This document shows positions 1-8,602 of a DNA stretch of 40,428 nt, one piece after another. How positions within the stretch are numbered: position 1 is the stretch's first letter; each line of letters opens with the position of its first letter. Source of the DNA: Nanobdellota archaeon. GTDB lineage: Archaea > Nanobdellota > Nanobdellia > Pacearchaeales > GW2011-AR1. The stretch is from contig JBBTBG010000023.1 in NCBI GenBank assembly GCA_038043805.1, forward strand, positions 1 to 40,428. Reading direction: 5' to 3'. A model generated the notes under the pieces. It had not been told where the DNA came from. It worked only from the letters and a program-made list of their open reading frames with translations, and did no database searches. A program made the position numbers and the translations under genes.

Positions 1-704
1 TATGCTTCAAACTCAATTTCTTTTCTTATCTCTTTTCCATCAACTTTTATAATACGTGTGATAGTACCTTTACGCTTCGCCTGCTCACGAATCTGTACAG
101 GATCGCTTACACCTTTCGGAAGAGTAATTTCTTTAATGTTAAGAATGTGTTTAATAGAAATTTCAGTAAAATCTGGACAGTCAAAAAAGAGATCTTTAAC
201 AATAGAAGGATCGCTTGTTTTCAATGTACAAAAATCAGCAGACACTTCTTTTTCTCCACTAGAGGCAGGCTTTGAGCTCTTAGGGGCCTTTGCTTTCGTT
301 TTAATAGAAACTAGAGGTGTTGAAAAAGAGAGAGCAAAAAATGCACGTGGGTACTCATCCATGAGTGAAAGGATTTTACGAGGAGTCGTAGTCGTATTGA
401 CTACTGCCTGTTTAATTCCCATAAACTGTTTGACACGTTCGATTGGGAATTGAGCTTTTTCACCAACATGGAACGTCGCGACAATAACGCCCGTAACACC
501 AATTTCCCCAGACATTTTTTCCAAGCAATTACGGACGAGTGTATTAACATATTCGGCGCTGGTTTTAATGGTCCATCCCAACTTCTGTTTTTTTGCATCA
601 AGAAGGTACTTGTTTCCAAAAACTCCTTTGCTAAACTTGATAAATTCTCCATGAACTGCTTCATCGCTTTTTTCAGAAAATATTTTTTTAATGACTGATT
701 CCAT
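1..704 (-). CDS. Hypothetical protein, ~234 aa, missing from the ORF track because its stop codon is cut by the window edge
   Basis: Manual translation from ATG at 704 is open to position 3 (MESVIKKIFSEKSDEAVHGEFIKFSKGVFGNKY...VDGKEIRKEIEFEA), then TA at the edge (probable TAA/TAG). TTTATAAA lies at 733-740 upstream. Confidence 0.85.
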   Translation of the reverse strand, partial: MESVIKKIFSEKSDEAVHGEFIKFSKGVFGNKYLLDAKKQKLGWTIKTSAEYVNTLVRNCLEKMSGEIGVTGVIVATFHVGEKAQFPIERVKQFMGIKQAVVNTTTTPRKILSLMDEYPRAFFALSFSTPLVSIKTKAKAPKSSKPASSGEKEVSADFCTLKTSDPSIVKDLFFDCPDFTEISIKHILNIKEITLPKGVSDPVQIREQAKRKGTITRIIKVDGKEIRKEIEFEA

Positions 705-804
705 TGAAGTGTATAAAAATTAAGATTCTATATTTATAAATCTATTCGCAATAAACTTTCACTTTAGAGTGAAAGTTTATATACTCGCTGACTTTTTGAA
801 AGGG

Positions 805-1845
805 ATGCAACTCACAGAAAAGAATGTCAAGAAAGCCACCATAATCTTCTTTTTGTTACTACTAGGTATTCTAGTCTATCTTGTCTTGCGTCCAATTCTC
901 TTCACCGTATTTGCAGGCCTTCTCCTAGGATATATTTTGATGCCTATCTACAGGAAAGTCGTTCATGTGATACATAATAGAGATATTGCTGCAGGCATCA
1001 TAGTGGCTCTTATTGTAATCATTGTTGCAGTGCCCTTCTGGCTTATATTACCTACAGTTATTGATCAGATATTTCAGCTTTTTAGAGTACTACAGACGCT
1101 TGATGTTGAGCGCGCAGTACAAGGCTTTTTCCCCAATGCATCAGAGCAGTTTACCCTTCAGCTCTCTCTTATTATCAAGGACTTCTTCTCTAAAATAACT
1201 AACCTCATCCTCACATCTGCTCTTAACATTTCATTAGACATTCCAAACATTCTGTTGCATTCTTTTCTAATGGTCTTCGTGCTCTATTTCACACTTCGAG
1301 ATACAGAGGAACTTAAGGATTTTGTATCCAAAATTTCTCCTTTAAATTCCACTCGCCAAAAAGCAGTAGCCAAGCACTTCAAAGACATTACAGATTCTAT
1401 TCTTTACGGGCAAGTACTTGGAGGACTAATTCAAGGAATTTTCGCAGGCATAGGAATTTTCGCAGTAGGAATATCGGGGGCACTAACGATTACTCTGTTC
1501 ACAATGATAGTCTGTATTCTTCCTTTCCTAGGTGCATTTATTGTTTGGGTTCCAATTATGATTTACCTTTTTGCTTCAGGTCAGACGACTGCAGGATTTC
1601 TCTTTTTAATCTACAATCTTATCATTGTATCCAACGTTGATAATCTTGTCCGTTCTTACGTCGTAGCAAGAAAAACCAACGTTTCTCAACCTATTATTTT
1701 TATAGGGATGATGGGAGGCCTTTTAGTCTTTGGTCTTGCAGGATTAATAATTGGACCATTAGTACTTGTCTATTTCATGGCACTTCTCAAATCCTATAAA
1801 GACAAGACCCTTTACACATTCTTTTCAGATGAAGATAAAGGGTAA
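805..1845 (+). CDS. AI-2E family (PerM/YhhT-like) membrane transporter
   Basis: About 8 hydrophobic segments; LPFLGAFIVWVP, NVDNLVRSYVV and GLLVFGLAGLIIGP family-like motifs. Start moved to ATG 805, 21 nt after TTTATATA (776-783). Confidence 0.85.
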   Translation: MQLTEKNVKKATIIFFLLLLGILVYLVLRPILFTVFAGLLLGYILMPIYRKVVHVIHNRDIAAGIIVALIVIIVAVPFWLILPTVIDQIFQLFRVLQTLDVERAVQGFFPNASEQFTLQLSLIIKDFFSKITNLILTSALNISLDIPNILLHSFLMVFVLYFTLRDTEELKDFVSKISPLNSTRQKAVAKHFKDITDSILYGQVLGGLIQGIFAGIGIFAVGISGALTITLFTMIVCILPFLGAFIVWVPIMIYLFASGQTTAGFLFLIYNLIIVSNVDNLVRSYVVARKTNVSQPIIFIGMMGGLLVFGLAGLIIGPLVLVYFMALLKSYKDKTLYTFFSDEDKG

Positions 1846-3322
1846 TATAAAAAAATCTTTAAAAATAAAGAGGAAGAATATTGAAGCGGGAAGGCCAATC
1901 ATATTCCTACATGAAAAAACAGCACAAGCCTTGCAAATAGCAGTAGGAGAGCGAGCACTTGTTGAATTTGAAGGAAAAAAGATAGTTGCTATTGTTGATA
2001 GAATAGACGAACTCTCTTCTTCAGAGATTATTATCTCTAAAGAATTGCAGGTATTGCTTTCTCCCAAGACACATTATCTTACTATAAGCCGCGCACCATA
2101 TCCAAAGAGCCTGCCTTATATTCTTAAGAAGATGCACGGCTTGCATTTGCAAAAGGAAGAATTAAAAGCGATTATGGAAGATATCACTCAAAATGCTCTT
2201 GTAGAGGCTGAAGTCGCCTACTTCGTCTCTGCGGTATATGAAAGAGGAATGACTTTTGATGAAACGCTTTTTCTTACAGAAGCCGTATTTAGTACGGGGG
2301 CGAAGCTAAACTGGGGGAAAAAAGAAGTGGCAGATAAGCACTGCATTGGAGGCATAGCGGGAAACAGAACAACTCCTCTTGTTGTTTCTATTTGTGCAGC
2401 AGCAGGAATAACAATTCCAAAAACATCTTCACGTGCAATTACCAGTGCAGCTGGAACAGCAGATGTCATGGAAACTCTCACACGTGTTGATCTTTCAGCT
2501 AGAGAATTGCAAGCAGTAGTAAGAAAAACAGGAGCTTGTCTGGCTTGGGGAGGGTCTTTAGGTCTTGCTCCCGCAGATGACAAACTCATTCGCGTTGAGC
2601 GCCTGCTCAATGTAGATCCAGAGGCGCAACTTATAGCATCTATTCTTGCAAAAAAGATTGCAGCAGGAAGCCGAAATGTCCTCATTGATATCCCTTACGG
2701 CTTTGGCGCAAAAGTTTCTTATGGAGAAGCGAAGGCGCTAGGAAAGCAATTTATTGCTGTAGGAAAGAAGTTCAACCTTCGTATAAAGATTCTTTTAACT
2801 GATGGAAGTCAGCCTATAGGTAATGGTGTAGGTCCCAATTTAGAGATGCGAGATGTACTTTCTGTATTAAATAGAAATGACTCGCCGCAAGATCTAGAGA
2901 CCAAAGCCCTTCTTCTTGCCGGAACGCTTCTAGAGATGACAGGTAAGGCAAAAAAAGGGCAGGGAAAGAGATTAGCTAAGGATATTCTTTATTCTGGAAA
3001 AGCGTTAAGAAAGTTTGAGGAAATTATTACCGCCCAGGGTAAAAAAGAAAATGACCTTCGTCCAGGTAAATACTCTTTCAAAATCGTCAGCTCTTTTTCA
3101 GGAAAGATAAAATCAATAGACAACAAAGGTATCAATCACGCTGCTCTTCTTCTAGGATGTCCGAGTGAAAAAGAAGCAGGAATTTTTCTTTTAAAGCATG
3201 TAAACGCTCAGTGTGAAAAAGCAGAGCCTTTAGCAATATTATATTCAGAATCTCTCTCAAAGTTAGAAGAAGCAAAAGAGTTCTGGAAAACTCAACCACC
3301 AATTACTTTTACAAGACACTAA
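1829..3322 (+). CDS. deoA: AMP phosphorylase (archaeal thymidine phosphorylase family)
   Basis: N-terminal extra beta domain plus DKHCIGGIAGNRTT, PKTSSRAITSAAGTADVME, LAPADDKLI and GSQPIGNGVGP motifs. ATG 1829 overlaps the upstream gene end. Confidence 0.88.
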   Translation: MKIKGNIKKSLKIKRKNIEAGRPIIFLHEKTAQALQIAVGERALVEFEGKKIVAIVDRIDELSSSEIIISKELQVLLSPKTHYLTISRAPYPKSLPYILKKMHGLHLQKEELKAIMEDITQNALVEAEVAYFVSAVYERGMTFDETLFLTEAVFSTGAKLNWGKKEVADKHCIGGIAGNRTTPLVVSICAAAGITIPKTSSRAITSAAGTADVMETLTRVDLSARELQAVVRKTGACLAWGGSLGLAPADDKLIRVERLLNVDPEAQLIASILAKKIAAGSRNVLIDIPYGFGAKVSYGEAKALGKQFIAVGKKFNLRIKILLTDGSQPIGNGVGPNLEMRDVLSVLNRNDSPQDLETKALLLAGTLLEMTGKAKKGQGKRLAKDILYSGKALRKFEEIITAQGKKENDLRPGKYSFKIVSSFSGKIKSIDNKGINHAALLLGCPSEKEAGIFLLKHVNAQCEKAEPLAILYSESLSKLEEAKEFWKTQPPITFTRH

Positions 3323-3352
3323 ATTTAAATATGGAAACTGACTCTTTCTAAA

Positions 3353-3625
3353 ATGCCTAAGAAAGAATATTATATTAGTACGCTTGTAGAATATATAAAA
3401 AAGAATCTCAAAAAAGGGTATACCAAGGAATCTCTTAAGTGGGCGCTTATCAAACAAGGACATTCTCGTTTCCAAGTAGAAAAGGCAATTACACAAGTTG
3501 ATGCAGAACTCTCTCTACAAGCCCCAATATTAAAGACAAGGCCGGAAATTACACTGGAAATTATAGAACCTAAAGGAGCGATAGTGAAGAAAAAATCGTT
3601 CTGGAAAAAACTTTTTGGAAACTAG
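3353..3625 (+). CDS. Small hypothetical protein
   Basis: 90 aa with YIKKNLKKGYTKESLKWALIKQG helical motif; TTTAAATA (3324-3331) is 21 nt upstream. Confidence 0.8.
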   Translation: MPKKEYYISTLVEYIKKNLKKGYTKESLKWALIKQGHSRFQVEKAITQVDAELSLQAPILKTRPEITLEIIEPKGAIVKKKSFWKKLFGN

Positions 3626-3700
3626 CAGATCCTATTAAAATTGATGTCTATGAGGGAATTCAACTTCATAAAAAAGATTTAACTCTCTCAAGGTTTTTCA

Positions 3701-4444
3701 TTAACTTCTCTGACTTAGAGTATATCCTCCATCAACTACTAATATCTGGCCAGTCACCCCATCATTTTCTAACAAAAAGACCACTGCCTGTGCAATTTCT
3801 TCAGGTTGTATAAGCTTTTTTTGAGGCATACAATTGATAATCGAAACAAGTTGGTTTTTTGGTATATCTTTATGTAGGAGAGAAGTGTCAGTATAGCCAG
3901 GAGCAATTGAATTAACTTCTATTTTACCCATAAAAAGTTTAGCAAATGCCAGAGTGTAATTAACTACCTCTGATTTAACTCCGCTTGCCAAAATAGAAAG
4001 AGGATTCGGATCAATACCATAAATAGAGGAAATATTAATTACCTTTCCTTTTTTCATGAGTTTTGAAGCAAGCAATGTAGTTAGATAAACTCCCCATCCA
4101 TTGACTCTATGAAAATCCTCATAGTGGGCATACATTATAGAATTTATAGAACGAGACTTCTTGTAGATTCCAGCATTATTGACCAGAATATCAAGTCTTC
4201 TTTTCTGCTTATAAATGATTTTGAGAATTTTTTGTATATCTTTTTTTTCAGAAATATCTCCTTGGAGATAGGTTACATCGAAGCCGCGTAATCGAAGTTC
4301 CTTCTCTAAAATTATGCCTTCTTTTATGGATTTAAAAGAATTAAGATAAACACTTGCTCCTCGTTCACATAACAATTGAGCAATTGCTTTTCCAATACCT
4401 CTAGTTGAACCTGTAACAAGGGCAGTTTTATTCTGAAGATCCAT
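3701..4444 (-). CDS. FabG-like classical SDR oxidoreductase with a non-canonical active site
   Basis: ALVTGSTRGIG, LVNNAG, NISS, VNSIAPGYTDT, VTGQILVVDGG; YxxxK position reads ASGVK. Start set at ATG 4444 (MDLQNK). Confidence 0.88.
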   Translation of the reverse strand: MDLQNKTALVTGSTRGIGKAIAQLLCERGASVYLNSFKSIKEGIILEKELRLRGFDVTYLQGDISEKKDIQKILKIIYKQKRRLDILVNNAGIYKKSRSINSIMYAHYEDFHRVNGWGVYLTTLLASKLMKKGKVINISSIYGIDPNPLSILASGVKSEVVNYTLAFAKLFMGKIEVNSIAPGYTDTSLLHKDIPKNQLVSIINCMPQKKLIQPEEIAQAVVFLLENDGVTGQILVVDGGYTLSQRS

Positions 4445-4451
4445 GATTAAC

Positions 4452-5237
4452 TTAGGCTGCCAAAGAAAGCTGGAAAATTTTTTTACCAGAGCCTCTAACA
4501 ATACCATTGGGAAGAATAGTGATAAAGCCTTCCTTTAACGCAGTAATATCGTGTTCTTCTCCCAATATAGGAACATACTTTGCAAAATCATCAACAAAAA
4601 TATCTCCAAATCTCTGACGCAGATAATTATGTTTTTGAGAAAGTTCATCTGAAATTTCTGTTCTACTCTGATTTAAAGCCCGCCCGATATTTTGAAGAGG
4701 TCTCACAAGAACCTTTGATCCAGTTAAATATGCAATGCCTGCAATTCCCTCAAGTTCATCCAACCGTTCAAACGAAAGAGTGGTGCTTATTTCGACAGGT
4801 ACACCGTATAACCGTGCATGCTCTATAGCTTCACGTGCAACTTTCCACGATCCATTACCTCTTCTTGTATCATGAGAAATGGGGCTCGCACTATCAAGAC
4901 TTATTTGCACTCGGCTCAGTTTTTTTAACAAATCATTGCTCAATTGAGGAACACGATATCCATTGCTAAGAATACTTGTTTCAACTCCTCTATCTAGCGA
5001 ATAACTTAATATCTCCGAAGCATCAGGTCGAGTCATCACTTCTCCTCCAGTAAATAATGCACTTTTCGCACCATATCCTTTGCTGATATTCAGAACTCGC
5101 TTCCAGTCATCTGTGTTTAATTCATCAGGCATCCTTCTACCCGAACTGTTAAAACAATAGTCACATAAAAGATTACATCCCCGAGTGATTTCTGCATTAA
5201 CGTGCTTAATCTCGTTAATCGTATTTATGATTGTCAT
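4452..5237 (-). CDS. Radical SAM protein without an evident SPASM/twitch cluster
   Basis: CNLLCDYC (CxxxCxxC), FTGGE, SNG, VQISLDS and HDTRRG motifs; no additional C-terminal cysteines. Confidence 0.9.
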   Translation of the reverse strand: MTIINTINEIKHVNAEITRGCNLLCDYCFNSSGRRMPDELNTDDWKRVLNISKGYGAKSALFTGGEVMTRPDASEILSYSLDRGVETSILSNGYRVPQLSNDLLKKLSRVQISLDSASPISHDTRRGNGSWKVAREAIEHARLYGVPVEISTTLSFERLDELEGIAGIAYLTGSKVLVRPLQNIGRALNQSRTEISDELSQKHNYLRQRFGDIFVDDFAKYVPILGEEHDITALKEGFITILPNGIVRGSGKKIFQLSLAA

Positions 5238-5331
5238 GAATTATCTAAATCAATCACAATAATATATCTTTCCTCTAATATTTAACCATTTAAGATAAAT
5301 TTATATAGTCTTTTATCATTTATGTAATAAT

Positions 5332-6318
5332 ATGAACATATTAGACCTTAAAAGTAAGAAAATACTATTTGAGCTTGACTTAAACGCACGACAGACGGAC
5401 AAAGAAATAGCTAAGAAAGTGGGCCTCAGTAGAGAAGCCACGCGATATCGCATTCAAAAACTAGTCGAAGAAGGATATATCAACAATTTCATAACAATTC
5501 TTAATTCTATGAAGCTCGGCTTTGACTGGTATCGTACTTTCTTCAAGTTTCAAAATACAACTTTAGAAAAAGAAAATGAGATGATAGAATGGTTGAAGAA
5601 ATATGCAAGCTGGATTGCCAAAGTGGAGGGCAAATGGGACATCAACACAGGAATCTTCTGCAAGAACATCTATGAATACCGAGATGTGATTGAAAAGTTT
5701 CTTTTAAGATATAGCAAATACATTGAACGATATAAAGTTGCAGTAATAACGCAGATGTGGCATTATCATAGAGATTACCTTGTTAGCAAAGGACAAAAAA
5801 AGTCTAAAGCAGAAGTTATGGGATTTGCAAACAAAGAAGAATACAAGACAGAGAGAATTGATAAGATTGACTACAAAATACTGGAAGTCTTACTCAAAAA
5901 CGCAAGAATGAAAACAATAGACATCGCACGAAAAGTTAAAACAACAGAAATTGTAGTGCGATATCGTATGAAGAAGCTGATAAAGAAAGGAGTTATATTG
6001 GGCTTTCGATCATTCCTTAATATACAAAAGTTAGGCTATCAGTATTATAAACTTCATCTAACACTCCAAGACCTTACACCTGAAAAGAAGGAAAGACTTT
6101 TCAACTACATCCATAGACACCCCAATACAGTCTACACCACAGAGCTTGTAGGAGGAGCAGACCTTGAGACGGAGTATCAAGTCAAGAGCAATGAAGAATT
6201 CTACCAATGCCTTCAAGAGTTAAGGAAAGAGTTTGGAGACATTATCCGAGATTATGAGTTCATGCAATATACAAAAGAGTACAAATTTACATATTTGCCA
6301 GAGATTTCTTTTTCTTAG
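5332..6318 (+). CDS. Tandem (double-domain) Lrp/AsnC family transcriptional regulator
   Basis: Two HTH-plus-RAM repeats: LDLKSKKILFELDLNAR...IAKKVGLS and IDKIDYKILEVLLKNAR...IARKVKTT; TTTATATA at 5300-5307. Confidence 0.88.
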   Translation: MNILDLKSKKILFELDLNARQTDKEIAKKVGLSREATRYRIQKLVEEGYINNFITILNSMKLGFDWYRTFFKFQNTTLEKENEMIEWLKKYASWIAKVEGKWDINTGIFCKNIYEYRDVIEKFLLRYSKYIERYKVAVITQMWHYHRDYLVSKGQKKSKAEVMGFANKEEYKTERIDKIDYKILEVLLKNARMKTIDIARKVKTTEIVVRYRMKKLIKKGVILGFRSFLNIQKLGYQYYKLHLTLQDLTPEKKERLFNYIHRHPNTVYTTELVGGADLETEYQVKSNEEFYQCLQELRKEFGDIIRDYEFMQYTKEYKFTYLPEISFS

Positions 6319-6430
6319 ACTTTTCCCATCAATTCCTCAGTTTGAGCTTAGTAAATATTTCTCACTCGCTTTTTCTCCTCAAAAGGCAATGTTTTAATAT
6401 CTCCTTAGATCTATAGAGTAGAATACAAAA

Positions 6431-8602
6431 ATGAAGAAGGTGCAAATTACGTTAAATGAAATGGAAGAGGATGCCTCGGGCGTTGAACAAAGCCTCAGCC
6501 AACTTTCAGGTGTACGTAACGTGAATGCTAATCCTTCTTCAAAGGTTATCGTAGCTGACTGTGAAGAATATATTGCAGAAGATCAGTTAATCTCAACTCT
6601 TCGTCAAGGAGGGTACCAAGTTATCGACATATTTTTTGAAAAGTCTACCGAAAACAGAGAGATTGAAGAACAAACTGTCATATTCAAGTCTGCGGAAAAA
6701 ACATCAGACTGGCTAGAAAATATGATTTGGTCTTGGGTTTTTGCTGCTCCCCTGATAGGTCTGATTCTATACGAACTATTTTTAGGATATCCAGAAGCAT
6801 ATCGAGAAACTCTACACATTATTACTCTTCTTCTTAGTCTTCCTATCGTTTTCTTAATGGGTTGGAAGGTGATATATGCTGGCTTTCAAGGATTTATTAC
6901 ACTTTCTTTTGATACCAATACATTAATTACGCTAAGCACTGTTTTAGCCTATGCAACAGGAATAATTAGTATTTTTTTGGAAATCACTGATTACTCAAGT
7001 ATTTCTGGGGTTATGATGGCGTTTTTCATTACTGGCAAATATCTTGAGACTAAAGTGTATGGAGCAGCAGAGAAAGAAGTAAGAAAGTTTACAAAGTTGA
7101 TACCTCAATCAGCAACAATTATGATCGGGAAAGAAGAACTTGTGGTCCCTCTCTCAGAAATTCAGATAGGAGATTTACTTATCGCTTTGCCTGGAGATCA
7201 TATCGCAGCTGATGGCGTTATCGTAAAAGGGAAAGGAATCATTAATGAGAGTGCAATCTCTAGAAGAGAACAGTCTCAGGAAAAGAAACAAGGAGACGTC
7301 ATTCTTGCAGGGAGCGTTATTGAAGAGGGTAAGTTAATTATAGAAGTAACGAAAGTAGGTAAAGATACTATCTTATCCAAGGTTGTGGGGATGGTAGAAG
7401 GAGTACAAAGCACCAAGATTACAATACAGCGAAAGATTAACACAGTAACAAACTTACTTTTCCCTATCATGATCATTCTTGCAGCAATCTGCTTCGTGAG
7501 TTGGCTTGTATTTACTCAAGATTTTAGTAAAGCACTCAATACTGCTCTTGCAGTTATTATTATCGCTTGCCCTTCTTCTTTAGCATTAGCAATTCCAACT
7601 GTTCTTTTCATTGCTTCAAGCCTCGCAGCCAGGCAGGGAATATTAGTAAGAAATGGCGAATCATTCCAGACCCTCACAGAAGTAAGGACTATAATATTAG
7701 ATAAATCAGGTACAATTACACAAGGCATTCCCGAAGTATCTTATATTAGCAGTCTTATCAAAGAAAAGGATCTTTTAGAGGCGGCTGCAAGTGTACAGCA
7801 CATATTAGATCCTCTTGTTGCAAAATGTTTACTGGAAAGAGCAGGTCTTAAGAGATACAAGAAAGTGACAAATGTAACGATTATTCCAGGAAAAGGAGTA
7901 GAGGGAGAGATAGACAAAAAGAAAGTTCTTGTAGGAAATAAAAAACTAATGACTGAAAAAGCCATAACTTTTCATGGATTACTCCATCGTATAGATGAAT
8001 ACGAATCTAGTGGGAAAAGATCTCTTATCGTAGCAATCAATGGAAAGATTGCAGGAGTCATTGCTATTTCAGAGAGCTTGCGCGAAGATGCATCGATAGC
8101 AATTAATAGACTACAAAAAATGAACTATAATATTATTCTCATGACCTCTGAAGAAGAAAAAACAGCAAAGGCTCTCGCAAAAAATCTCAATATTCAGGAA
8201 ATATATCATGAGGTATCTGCTCAGGAAACACTCACTAAGATAAAAGAACTCCAAAACCTCGGGCGCGTAGCTTTTGTTTCGTCTCCTGCAAAAAATATGA
8301 AAGCACTTGATCAAAGCAACATAGGAATTGTAATAGGGAATGAGAGTGATGTTGGACATGGAACTGAAGATATTTTGATAACTAAAAGTTCGATAAGTGG
8401 AGTCAGCGAGATTGCAAAATTTTCTAGACAAGTTCAGCGCAAGATTAACCAGAATTTATTCTGGGCTTTTGGATATAATGTACTTGCAATCCCTCTTGCA
8501 GTTTCAGGACTGCTTCACCCAATCATAGCAGAGCTAGCCATGCTTGCCTCGATGCTCAGCATTTTTATCAATGCGAATCTTCTCAGAAAAAATAAATTCT
8601 AA
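6431..8602 (+). CDS. CopA-like heavy-metal P1B-type ATPase homolog with degenerate catalytic motifs
   Basis: HMA-like N-terminus, GKYLE, PGDHIAADG, IACPSSLALA, DKSGT, PGKGV and QNLFWAFGYNVLAIPLA; lacks CxxC, TGE, HP, TGD and GDGxND. Confidence 0.88.
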   Translation: MKKVQITLNEMEEDASGVEQSLSQLSGVRNVNANPSSKVIVADCEEYIAEDQLISTLRQGGYQVIDIFFEKSTENREIEEQTVIFKSAEKTSDWLENMIWSWVFAAPLIGLILYELFLGYPEAYRETLHIITLLLSLPIVFLMGWKVIYAGFQGFITLSFDTNTLITLSTVLAYATGIISIFLEITDYSSISGVMMAFFITGKYLETKVYGAAEKEVRKFTKLIPQSATIMIGKEELVVPLSEIQIGDLLIALPGDHIAADGVIVKGKGIINESAISRREQSQEKKQGDVILAGSVIEEGKLIIEVTKVGKDTILSKVVGMVEGVQSTKITIQRKINTVTNLLFPIMIILAAICFVSWLVFTQDFSKALNTALAVIIIACPSSLALAIPTVLFIASSLAARQGILVRNGESFQTLTEVRTIILDKSGTITQGIPEVSYISSLIKEKDLLEAAASVQHILDPLVAKCLLERAGLKRYKKVTNVTIIPGKGVEGEIDKKKVLVGNKKLMTEKAITFHGLLHRIDEYESSGKRSLIVAINGKIAGVIAISESLREDASIAINRLQKMNYNIILMTSEEEKTAKALAKNLNIQEIYHEVSAQETLTKIKELQNLGRVAFVSSPAKNMKALDQSNIGIVIGNESDVGHGTEDILITKSSISGVSEIAKFSRQVQRKINQNLFWAFGYNVLAIPLAVSGLLHPIIAELAMLASMLSIFINANLLRKNKF

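Noticed and set aside
58-698. Track ORFs 58..453 (+), 450..698 (+) and 401..664 (-)
   Set aside because: Shadows of the longer minus-strand frame 704 to <1.
1829-3322. Bacterial-type thymidine phosphorylase
   Set aside because: The extra N-terminal domain and the HCIGG/KTSSRAITS motifs fit the AMP phosphorylase subgroup.
4452-5237. Radical SAM as a RiPP, mycofactocin or PQQ maturase
   Set aside because: No SPASM cysteines, no RRE/PqqD partner and no precursor peptide nearby.
3651-6339. Imperfect inverted repeat tgagggaatt / aattcctca flanking the rSAM-SDR-Lrp module
   Set aside because: Only 9-10 bp with an indel, no target-site duplication and no transposase; compatible with chance.
6431-8602. 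Calling the P1B ATPase a pseudogene
   Set aside because: No stops, frameshifts or truncation; kept as a CDS and flagged as a finding.
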